Made by a program: the position numbers and the translations under genes. The notes under the pieces are model-generated. The model did no database searches, was not told the DNA's origin, and saw only the letters and a list, made by a program, of their open reading frames with translations. DNA of 64,000 nt, taken from NCBI GenBank assembly GCA_039818205.1, contig JBCBUK010000017.1, positions 19,227 to 83,226 of the forward strand, read 5' to 3'. Positions 56,630-64,000 of this stretch are shown one piece after another (the stretch's first letter is position 1; each line of letters begins with the position of its first letter). The stretch is from Verrucomicrobiota bacterium. Lineage in GTDB: Bacteria; Verrucomicrobiota; Verrucomicrobiia; Opitutales; Cerasicoccaceae.

Positions 56630-56656
56630 TAATACGGCTCTCGGGCCCAGCTGCTT

Positions 56657-57553
56657 ATGCCGTCCTTGACTCGACGATCGCCGGCGAAAATCAATCTGCT
56701 GCTCGCCATTACCGGTAAGCGCGATGACGGATTTCACGACCTTGTAAGCTTAGTCACGCCGATTGAGTTTGGCGATGACATCACGGTCACCTTGAAGCCC
56801 GATGGGGCGGGCGATCAACTAACCTGCAATTTTCCGGGTGTGCCTACTGATGATTCGAATCTCGCAATGAAGGCGCTCGTCGCCTTCCGCGCGGCCCATT
56901 CGTTTTCAGGTAGTGTTACCATTGATCTTGAAAAACGCATCCCAGCGGGAGCGGGCCTTGGCGGCGGAAGTAGCAACGCGTCAATCGTTCTGACAGCGAT
57001 CAATGACCTCTGCGGTAAGCCGCTTTCGAATGAACAATTAATCGAGATCGCCGCAACGATCGGTTCCGACTGCCCGCTGTTTCTTGCCGGTAGGCCAGTC
57101 GTGATGCGGGGCAGGGGGGAACGGTTGGATTTTCTACCAAAACCGGCAGAGGAAGTTGTTGCTGATCAACGAATTATCGTATTCAAGCCAAACTTTGGTG
57201 TCGAGACTGGATGGGCTTACGGCCAGATGAAGAAGCACGGCGGTTGGTATGTCGGTGCCGATCGTGTTGAGGGTATACTCGCCAATTGGCTTAGCGATCC
57301 CCAGCGTGTTGAGTTACCGCTGGTGAACAACATGCAGGAGCCCGCGTTTGCAAAGTTTCAGGGACTGCCCGCGGTCCTTGAGCTGATTCGTGAGCGGCAC
57401 AATTTGCGCTGTTTGATGAGTGGTAGCGGCAGCGCGTGTTTTGTGTTACTTGATGGTGACACAGATGGGGGTAAAGTTAAGAAAAGCATCCTTGAGTGTC
57501 TGGGTGAAGCATGCTTTTGTGTTGAAACACGAACCGCTGTACTCCCAAATTAG
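56657..57553 (+). CDS. ispE: 4-diphosphocytidyl-2-C-methyl-D-erythritol kinase
   Basis: PAKINL, KRIPAGAGLGGGSSNA, GSDCP, MSGSGS. Confidence 0.96.
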   Translation: MPSLTRRSPAKINLLLAITGKRDDGFHDLVSLVTPIEFGDDITVTLKPDGAGDQLTCNFPGVPTDDSNLAMKALVAFRAAHSFSGSVTIDLEKRIPAGAGLGGGSSNASIVLTAINDLCGKPLSNEQLIEIAATIGSDCPLFLAGRPVVMRGRGERLDFLPKPAEEVVADQRIIVFKPNFGVETGWAYGQMKKHGGWYVGADRVEGILANWLSDPQRVELPLVNNMQEPAFAKFQGLPAVLELIRERHNLRCLMSGSGSACFVLLDGDTDGGKVKKSILECLGEACFCVETRTAVLPN

Positions 57554-57666
57554 CACGCTCGTCGCTGGTTTCTAGGTGCAAGGTTTTATCTTGCCTGTAT
57601 CGTATTGCCTCCCAATCTTTTACTATTCACTTACGTCTGTATTTTTTTGCTACCGATAGCTGATTG

Positions 57667-59442
57667 ATGGAATCAAAAACGTCTAAAGAAATCGTCCTGG
57701 AAGGGGTTGCGGCCTCTCCCGGTGTGGCGCATGGACTGGCGTTTGTGATTTTGCAGAAGGAGCTCGAGATCCCGGTATATGAAGTTCCGGAAGAGCAGGT
57801 AGAGCACGAAAAGGAGCGCTTCGAAAAGGCACTGCTTGAGGCGCGACAGCAGATCAGTGAAATTCGCCACGAAATCGCTGACCGCCTGGGTGAGAACGAA
57901 GCCCGCATCTTTGATGCGCACATCATGGTCCTCGAGGACCGCGCTCTCATTGAGGAAACCCTCAGTGAAATGGAGCAGACGGGATTCAATATCGAATATT
58001 GTTTCCGGGAGGTCAGTAATCGATTTATCGAGGCTTTCGAGGCCTTGCAAGACGACTACCTGAAAGAACGGGTCAAGGATATCGAAGACGTCTCCCGCCG
58101 GGTCCTGCAGATTCTTCTGGGTGAAACGGCCCGTAATCTGATGGAACTCGTTGCCGAGCGCATCATCGTTTCTGAAGACATCACGCCGTCAGAGGCGGCT
58201 GGTCTCGATACGGCAAAAGTACTTGGGGTCGTCACCGATTCGGGCAGCCGAACCAGTCACGCGGTAATTATGGCCCGCTCGCTGGGAGTGCCGGCCGTGG
58301 TTGGTATGCACAATGCGTCGGAGAAACTGGACAACGATGACTATGTGCTAATCGATGGCTACGATGGCGTTGTTATCGTGAACCCGACTGAGGAAACACT
58401 TTTCCGCTATGGCGAACTGAAAAGTGAGCGGCAGACCATCCAGCGCGTATTCGAATCGTCGGCTTTGCTCCCGGCAACCACTGCGGATGGAAAACTGCTG
58501 GAGGTTGGGGCCAATATCGGCGGCCCGGAAGACTGCCAGCTCGCGCTCGCTCGTGGGGCAGAAGGCGTCGGACTCTATCGGACCGAGGCGCTCTATATGC
58601 AGGAAGACGGCTTCCCCAATGAGGAGACCCAGTTTCAGGCCTATTCCGAAGTGGCTCGCCAGATGGCGCCTCAGCCGGTCATACTTCGGACTTTGGATCT
58701 AGGCGGCGATAAGCATATCTCCGAGTTTTTCGTCCAGAATGAAAATAACCCCTTCATGGGATTTCGGGCGATCCGCTTTTGCTTGGAGCACCGTGAGCTC
58801 TTCAAGGATCAGCTTAGAGCGATTCTTCGGGCGAGCGCCTACGGACACGTCAAGGTGATGTATCCGATGATAAGCAGCCTCGAAGAGGTCATCGCAGCAA
58901 ACGAGATTCTCGAAGAGGCCAAGGCGGAACTCCGTGAGCGCAAGCAGAAGTTCAACGAGAAAATCGAGGTTGGCGCGATGATCGAGATCCCTGGGGCCGC
59001 CTTGATCTGCGATCTTCTTGCGGACCACTGCCAGTTTTTCAGCATCGGAACAAACGATTTGATCCAATACCTGTTGGCGGTGGATCGGGTGAACGACAAG
59101 ATTGCCCAGCTCTACGAACCGAGCCATCCGGGGGTCATCCGGATGCTGAACTCCATTATCTCGACTGCGAATGAAAAGAACGTTCACGTCGGAATTTGCG
59201 GTGAGATGGCGGGAGATCCGATTTTTGTGCCGTTGCTATTTGGAATGGGTGCCAATGAAATCAGCGCAACCGGGGCAGTTCTCCCGGAAATTAAATACCT
59301 GATTCGTAAAATGAAGATCTCGGACGCCCGCGAACTAGCCCAAAAGGTGTTGGTCGAGTCAGATCCGAAGAAGATCCAACAAATGCTGACTGCATTCTAC
59401 GAGGAACAGATGCGTGACGTTCTCGATGAAGAACAAAACTGA
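57667..59442 (+). CDS. ptsI: PEP-protein phosphotransferase (PTS enzyme I)
   Basis: RTSHAVI, GLYRTE, RTLDLGGDK, NPFMGFRAIR, SIGTNDL, ICGEMAG. Confidence 0.95.
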   Translation: MESKTSKEIVLEGVAASPGVAHGLAFVILQKELEIPVYEVPEEQVEHEKERFEKALLEARQQISEIRHEIADRLGENEARIFDAHIMVLEDRALIEETLSEMEQTGFNIEYCFREVSNRFIEAFEALQDDYLKERVKDIEDVSRRVLQILLGETARNLMELVAERIIVSEDITPSEAAGLDTAKVLGVVTDSGSRTSHAVIMARSLGVPAVVGMHNASEKLDNDDYVLIDGYDGVVIVNPTEETLFRYGELKSERQTIQRVFESSALLPATTADGKLLEVGANIGGPEDCQLALARGAEGVGLYRTEALYMQEDGFPNEETQFQAYSEVARQMAPQPVILRTLDLGGDKHISEFFVQNENNPFMGFRAIRFCLEHRELFKDQLRAILRASAYGHVKVMYPMISSLEEVIAANEILEEAKAELRERKQKFNEKIEVGAMIEIPGAALICDLLADHCQFFSIGTNDLIQYLLAVDRVNDKIAQLYEPSHPGVIRMLNSIISTANEKNVHVGICGEMAGDPIFVPLLFGMGANEISATGAVLPEIKYLIRKMKISDARELAQKVLVESDPKKIQQMLTAFYEEQMRDVLDEEQN

Positions 59443-59619
59443 TCTCTTTCGTTTTTTATTCGCATCGGAACCGGGCATACCCTATATCTCGCGATATCTG
59501 AATCAGTAAAATGCTCGTGAAGAATGCTTTCCATACGGTTAAGGTGGAAGCATTCCGCTTGCAATTAGCAATTCTCGTCTTTTGATTCTTCATTTCCTGA
59601 CATATAGCTACTTTTCCAG

Positions 59620-60636
59620 GTGATTGCCTACGAAGAATTATCATACCTATGGCTTGCTTTTCTGCTCTTGGTGGGGCTTGCGATGCTCTGCATCGGAGGA
59701 GATTGGCTTGCTCGCGGGGCCTCCAGTCTAGCGCTCAATCTCAAGATCAATCCAGTGGTTGTTGGTCTCACGATCGTGTCGATTGCCACGTCGATGCCGG
59801 AGTTGATCACCGCATTCATTGCGGCAGCAGGGGGCAACACTCCATTGGCGGTAGGGAACATAGTCGGAAGCAATTTGGGTAACGCTGGGTTAATCCTTGG
59901 CGTAGCCGCATTGATCTGCCCGATCGCCATTCAGAGCCGATTGATCAAGCAGGAGGTTCCGCTGCTGCTGATTGTCACCATAATGTTCACCCTGATGAGC
60001 ATGGGCAGTTTCCTCGTTGAGGGACAAATCGGACGGATTGAAGGCTTGCTTTTGCTCTCTGGAACAGTCGGGTACCTATACTTTGTTACCATGCAAGCCC
60101 GTCGCTCAGGTCCCCTCGAAGAGGAGGAGTATAGCGAAGAGCTCAAGGACTCGATCTCCTCGATCTCGAAATGCTTTGTATTTATTCTGCTGGGGGGAGC
60201 TTTCCTGGCGCTGGGGGCCGATCTTCTCGTCGGGAGCGCTGTCCAGGTCGCGACCAATCTCAACGTCAGCCAGGTGCTCATCGGTTTGACCTTGGTTGCG
60301 ATTGGAACCAGCTTACCTGAGCTTGCGGCGTCCGTTGCCGCCGCCTTACGGAAACAAAGCGACATTATCGCCGGCAACATCGTCGGCTCGAATATTTTCA
60401 ATATGCTCCTTATTGGCGGAGCGGTTTCCACGTTTTACCCGCTGCAGGTGGAGAAGCGCTTGTTTGTGGTTGAGTTTCCAGCAATGGTCCTCCTCACGAC
60501 GCTGCTTTGGTTCTCTTTTTATACCCAGCGAAAGGTCACCCGAATGGAGGGGCTCTTTTTGCTAATCCTATATTTCGTGATTATCGCGCTCTCGTCCGCT
60601 TCGCAAATGGGCTATATTTTGCCGGATGTGAAGTAG
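59620..60636 (+). CDS. Calcium/sodium antiporter (YrbG family)
   Basis: Two alpha repeats: ATSMPEL...GNIVGSN and GTSLPEL...GNIVGSNIFN. Confidence 0.93.
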   Translation: MIAYEELSYLWLAFLLLVGLAMLCIGGDWLARGASSLALNLKINPVVVGLTIVSIATSMPELITAFIAAAGGNTPLAVGNIVGSNLGNAGLILGVAALICPIAIQSRLIKQEVPLLLIVTIMFTLMSMGSFLVEGQIGRIEGLLLLSGTVGYLYFVTMQARRSGPLEEEEYSEELKDSISSISKCFVFILLGGAFLALGADLLVGSAVQVATNLNVSQVLIGLTLVAIGTSLPELAASVAAALRKQSDIIAGNIVGSNIFNMLLIGGAVSTFYPLQVEKRLFVVEFPAMVLLTTLLWFSFYTQRKVTRMEGLFLLILYFVIIALSSASQMGYILPDVK

Positions 60637-60650
60637 ACGGTCCCGTAAGC

Positions 60651-61295
60651 CTATTCGCTGAAAAAACGACGTTCGAGTTCAGACCAGATTTCCAGGTTGA
60701 CCGCGTCGAGTTCCTGAGATCCGTCGGCCACAAAAAATCGATCTGGCATCTCCTTGGCTAGAATCAGGTAGCCCTGGCGAACCTGCTGGTAAAACTCAAT
60801 GTTTTCCTTTTCCATCCGATCGGGCAGGTCGCTTACCCGGCGGCGAGCCCGTTTCAGGCCGACCTCAGCTGGCACATCGACAACAACGGTCATGTCCGGC
60901 ATGGTGTCACCCACGGCCAGAGCATTGATGATCTGAACGGGATCCTGAGAGAGCTGGCGGGCGACCCCTTGATAGACGGTTGTTGAGTCGAGGAACCGAT
61001 CGCATAGAATGACTTTGCCAGCCTTGAGCGAAGGAATGATTAATTCCCGGACCAACTGGGCGCGACTGGCCGCAAACAGAAGGAGCTCAGCTTCGGGGAA
61101 CATTCCATTGCCCGCTTCAGCGTGCTTGAGTAGGTGGCGAATCTCTTCGCCCAGGCTTGTTCCGCCTGGTTCGCGGGTCACGATGACTTCATGACCCAAG
61201 TCCTCGAGGCGCTCGGCGAGCAACCCAATCTGGGTACTCTTGCCACTGCCTTCGGATCCTTCAAACGTAATGAGTAAGCCGTTGCGCTGCACCAT
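60651..61295 (-). CDS. tmk: Thymidylate kinase
   Basis: FEGSEGSGKSTQ, TREPGGT, CDRFLDS, YQG. Confidence 0.96.
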   Translation of the reverse strand: MVQRNGLLITFEGSEGSGKSTQIGLLAERLEDLGHEVIVTREPGGTSLGEEIRHLLKHAEAGNGMFPEAELLLFAASRAQLVRELIIPSLKAGKVILCDRFLDSTTVYQGVARQLSQDPVQIINALAVGDTMPDMTVVVDVPAEVGLKRARRRVSDLPDRMEKENIEFYQQVRQGYLILAKEMPDRFFVADGSQELDAVNLEIWSELERRFFSE

Positions 61296-61389
61296 ATACG
61301 GGTAACATACCATTTCGCGCGCGGGGACAATCGAATTCCGTATAAAAGCCGCTTGCCAATCTCGGGTAGGGTGGTTTTGTTGACGGCTT

Positions 61390-61764
61390 ATGGAATTGGT
61401 GAGCTACATGCCGGTATTGATCCAAATCTTGCTCGCAATTGCGATTGCGGCCGGGATTTTGATTGCGAGTCATATGTTTGGCCAACGGGCCAGTGGCAAC
61501 TACGTGAAGGACACCGCCTACGAGTGCGGAATGCACGCCGAAGGTAAGCCGCATCCGAAGTTCAGCGTAAAATTCTATGTCGTCGCGATGCTTTTCATCC
61601 TGTTCGACATCGAAATGGTCTTCATGATTCCGTGGGTGCTCGTCTATCGCGAAATGCTTGCTGCCAGTATTCCAATCCTTCTACCAATCCTGTGTTTCCT
61701 CTTCATTCTGACCCTCGGTATGGTCTATGAAATGAAGAAGAAGGGCCTCGAGTGGGAAAAGTAG
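61390..61764 (+). CDS. nuoA: NADH-quinone oxidoreductase subunit A
   Basis: YECG, KFYVVAMLFILFDIE, KKGLEW. Confidence 0.95.
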   Translation: MELVSYMPVLIQILLAIAIAAGILIASHMFGQRASGNYVKDTAYECGMHAEGKPHPKFSVKFYVVAMLFILFDIEMVFMIPWVLVYREMLAASIPILLPILCFLFILTLGMVYEMKKKGLEWEK

Positions 61765-62021
61765 CCAACGTGCCGTTGGGTCCAATTGAGCACTCACATT
61801 GCTCGAACGCCCACGTGCCGTTGGGTCCAATTGAGCACTCACATTGCTCGAACGCCCACGTGCCGTTGGGTCCAATTGAGCACTCACATTGCTCGAACGC
61901 CCACGTGCCGTTGGGTCCAATTGAGCACTCACATTGCTCGAACGCCCACGTGCCGTTGGATCCAGTTGGGCACTCGCATTGCTCGAACGCCCACGTGCCG
62001 TTGGATCCAGTTGGGCACTCG
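61765..62021. repeat. 45-bp tandem repeat, 5.7 copies
   Basis: Unit CC(A/C)ACGTGCCGTTGGGTCCAATTGAGCACTCACATTGCTCGAACG at 61765, 61810, 61855, 61900, 61945 and 61990 (partial). Confidence 0.97.
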
Positions 62022-62139
62022 TATAACTAGTCCGCGGGCGAGCCGTTGAATTCAGTCAGGTACTCGTATTGCGCGATCGATAACATATACCCGGCAGATC
62101 CAAATTTTCATTATCTGGTCATGCGCCAATTGCGCATTC

Positions 62140-62160
62140 TTGGATCCAACAGCACGTTGG
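62140..62160 (-). repeat. Inverted copy of the repeat head
   Basis: Reverse complement CCAACGTGCTGTTGGATCCAA matches 61765-61785 at 19/21 positions. Confidence 0.9.
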
Positions 62161-63093
62161 TCACTCGGGCTTCACGCCGCTCGCGAGGATGGTTTCAAAG
62201 CCAGGGTCCTGCTTTTCGTGAGAAACGACGTTGACCTGGATGGCTTCGAAGCCGAGGTCGCTGAGCCAACGGTATAGTTGGTTCTCCGAGAACCCTAGCC
62301 ACCGGTCGGCATAGAGTTCGCGGGCCTTCTCAAATTGGTGCTCCTTCAGGTCTAGAACCACAAGTTGTCCACCGGGCTTAAGGATCCTATGAGCCTCAGA
62401 GATAGCTTTGGCCGGTTTCTCAGCATGGTGGAGCGCCTGACTCAGTAAAGCCAGCTCCACGCTATTGTTCTCAAGCGGAACGGATTCTATGTCGCCCAAT
62501 TTATAGACGAGATTCTCGATACCGTTTTTAGCGGCAAGTTCGGTCCCGACCTCGACCATACGGGGCGAGTTGTCGATGCAATACACCGCTTCCGCACGCT
62601 GAGCAAGGAGCTGGGAGAGCACGCCTTCTCCGGCGCCCAGGTCCGCGATCTTGATGCGTGGAGTCAGGTGGAGCAGGAAGTGTCCGATGGCCTCCCAAGA
62701 GCGACCAGGACAGTAGTTTCTTCCCAGCCGACCAGCGACCTGATTGAAGTATTCTTCGCTCTGCCGGCGTCGCCGATCCAAGATGCGCTCAAGGTTTTTG
62801 GAGTCCTCAGTAAACTCAGATTCGCCTTTGGCTGCCTCGTAGGCTGCCTCGATTAGATTGAGCGTGGCCTGATCCATCGATCCGCTGAGCGAATAGAAGG
62901 TCTTCTTGCCGTCTTTGCGGTCGTCCAGGAGCCCGCCTTGCCTTAGGAGGGCCAGATGCGACGAAATCCTCGACTGACCCATGTCGAGGATTTCTTGTAA
63001 TTCGGCGACCGAGAGGGCCTCTTTGCGCAACAACTGGATTAACCGTAATCGGGTCGGATCAGCCAGTAGTTTTAGGGTGTCCCAAGAGGCCAT
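62161..63093 (-). CDS. ArsR-family HTH fused to a SAM-binding methyltransferase domain (SahR-like)
   Basis: LADPTRLR, LSVAEL...QSRISSHL; ADLGAGEG, QALHH, ILKPGG. Confidence 0.9.
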   Translation of the reverse strand: MASWDTLKLLADPTRLRLIQLLRKEALSVAELQEILDMGQSRISSHLALLRQGGLLDDRKDGKKTFYSLSGSMDQATLNLIEAAYEAAKGESEFTEDSKNLERILDRRRRQSEEYFNQVAGRLGRNYCPGRSWEAIGHFLLHLTPRIKIADLGAGEGVLSQLLAQRAEAVYCIDNSPRMVEVGTELAAKNGIENLVYKLGDIESVPLENNSVELALLSQALHHAEKPAKAISEAHRILKPGGQLVVLDLKEHQFEKARELYADRWLGFSENQLYRWLSDLGFEAIQVNVVSHEKQDPGFETILASGVKPE

Positions 63094-63117
63094 ACTGGTC
63101 CAAATGCTAAGGGCGGA

Positions 63118-64000
63118 CTAGAGGTTCCGACCGCTGTCTACCCAACGTTCAATCGATTCGATCGTCCACTGGACTTCGTTGCCGTCGATCTCTGTCTTAA
63201 CAGTCGTCGCGGGACCTTTACCCAAGAGGGCTTGACCAAGCGGCGTCTTGTAGGAAAGAATGTTTTTCTCAGGCGCGGAGTCGAAGGCACCCAAAATTGC
63301 ATACTCCTCGGCTTGGCCGTCGCTGTTCGTGAGTTTGACGATCGAACCCACGCCAACGGTGTCGGCACCGGCGTCGGTAAAGTCGGTGATGCGCGCGCGG
63401 TTGATGTCACGCTCGAGAATCGCGCGGCGGGCCATCAGGGTGTCTTGGTCCTGGCGAGCCATCTTGTATTCCGAGTTCTCCTTCAAGTCACCGTGTTCGC
63501 GGGCGACCGAGATCGCTTCCTTGTTCTCTGGGATCTTGACTTCGATCAACTCCTTGAGTTCGGCGTTGAGCGAGTCGAAGCTCTTCTGGCTAACGATCAA
63601 GTCCTCGGCCTTTTCGGCAGCAGCACCCGAGACGAGTGAGTTAATGCTTGGGAACGACTTGATGAAGCGCGCGAGGAGCGACTTCTTCGTCAAGTCTTCA
63701 AAGCCTTGGTTCAGGAGGAGGCCTTGGGCCAGGTCGCGGGCTTCTTCCTCGTTTGCGTCCGCCAACATGTCGGTGATCAGCTCTTTGTCATCGCTGAGAA
63801 TATCGCCAAGAGGAATGCGGCGGTTACCGGTGTTTTGCAGCGCTTCAAGGTCAATCGCGTAAAGAACGTTGTTCAAGAAGCGGGGGCTGATCAAACCATC
63901 AACCAACTTGCGGAACTTACGGGAGTTACGATTCTTGATGATCCAAAGGAGGACCGGTCCACGTAGATTCTGCTCGCGCAACCAGCGCTTAAAGTGTTCT
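63118..64000 (-). CDS. greA: Long-form GreA/GreB elongation factor, 5'-truncated by the window edge
   Basis: AREHGDLKENSEY, ILG, LSYKTPLGQALLGK, preceded by an N-terminal extension that is open to the window end. Confidence 0.88.
   Translation of the reverse strand, partial: EHFKRWLREQNLRGPVLLWIIKNRNSRKFRKLVDGLISPRFLNNVLYAIDLEALQNTGNRRIPLGDILSDDKELITDMLADANEEEARDLAQGLLLNQGFEDLTKKSLLARFIKSFPSINSLVSGAAAEKAEDLIVSQKSFDSLNAELKELIEVKIPENKEAISVAREHGDLKENSEYKMARQDQDTLMARRAILERDINRARITDFTDAGADTVGVGSIVKLTNSDGQAEEYAILGAFDSAPEKNILSYKTPLGQALLGKGPATTVKTEIDGNEVQWTIESIERWVDSGRNL

Noticed and set aside
61765..62021. CRISPR array
   Set aside because: Units are contiguous and near-identical, with no unique spacers and no cas genes.
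61681..62234. ORFs with 15-aa repeats, and a possible RAYT transposase remnant
   Set aside because: The ORFs follow from a stop-free 45-bp unit and two of them overlap nuoA; no HUH or catalytic Tyr motif is visible.

Overview
Chromosomal window from a bacterium that looks like Verrucomicrobiota (Opitutales-like). This is inferred from a PEP-CTERM protein, a long GreA, a Lys/Ala-tailed DksA and lineage-typical 'S-x-[DN]-L-x-x-W...F-x-R' domains. Housekeeping genes (ileS-dksA-lspA, pyc, recF, xerC, rpsB-tsf, prfA-ispE-ptsI, tmk, nuoA, greA), tRNA-Gln, tRNA-Met and tmRNA surround accessory genes. No integrase-bearing element, IS or CRISPR array was seen. Main highlights: (1) a ~3270-aa secreted multi-phosphatase (Ig-like domain, two tandem PhoX-like domains apparently inserted into a cadherin domain, EEP, 5'-nucleotidase, choice-of-anchor I propeller) head-to-head with an imelysin/di-heme oxidoreductase module; (2) a second di-heme oxidoreductase fused to CBM56-like modules; (3) a secreted heme peroxidase preceded by a CusR/HprR-type box and followed by a CusRS-like two-component system; (4) a recurring candidate surface-sorting domain in three proteins; (5) a 396-bp REP-like element with terminal inverted repeats and a 45-bp tandem array that fills the gap between two stop codons; (6) an SDR gene with an in-frame internal deletion. 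All family calls come from recognising motifs by eye; no database search was run.
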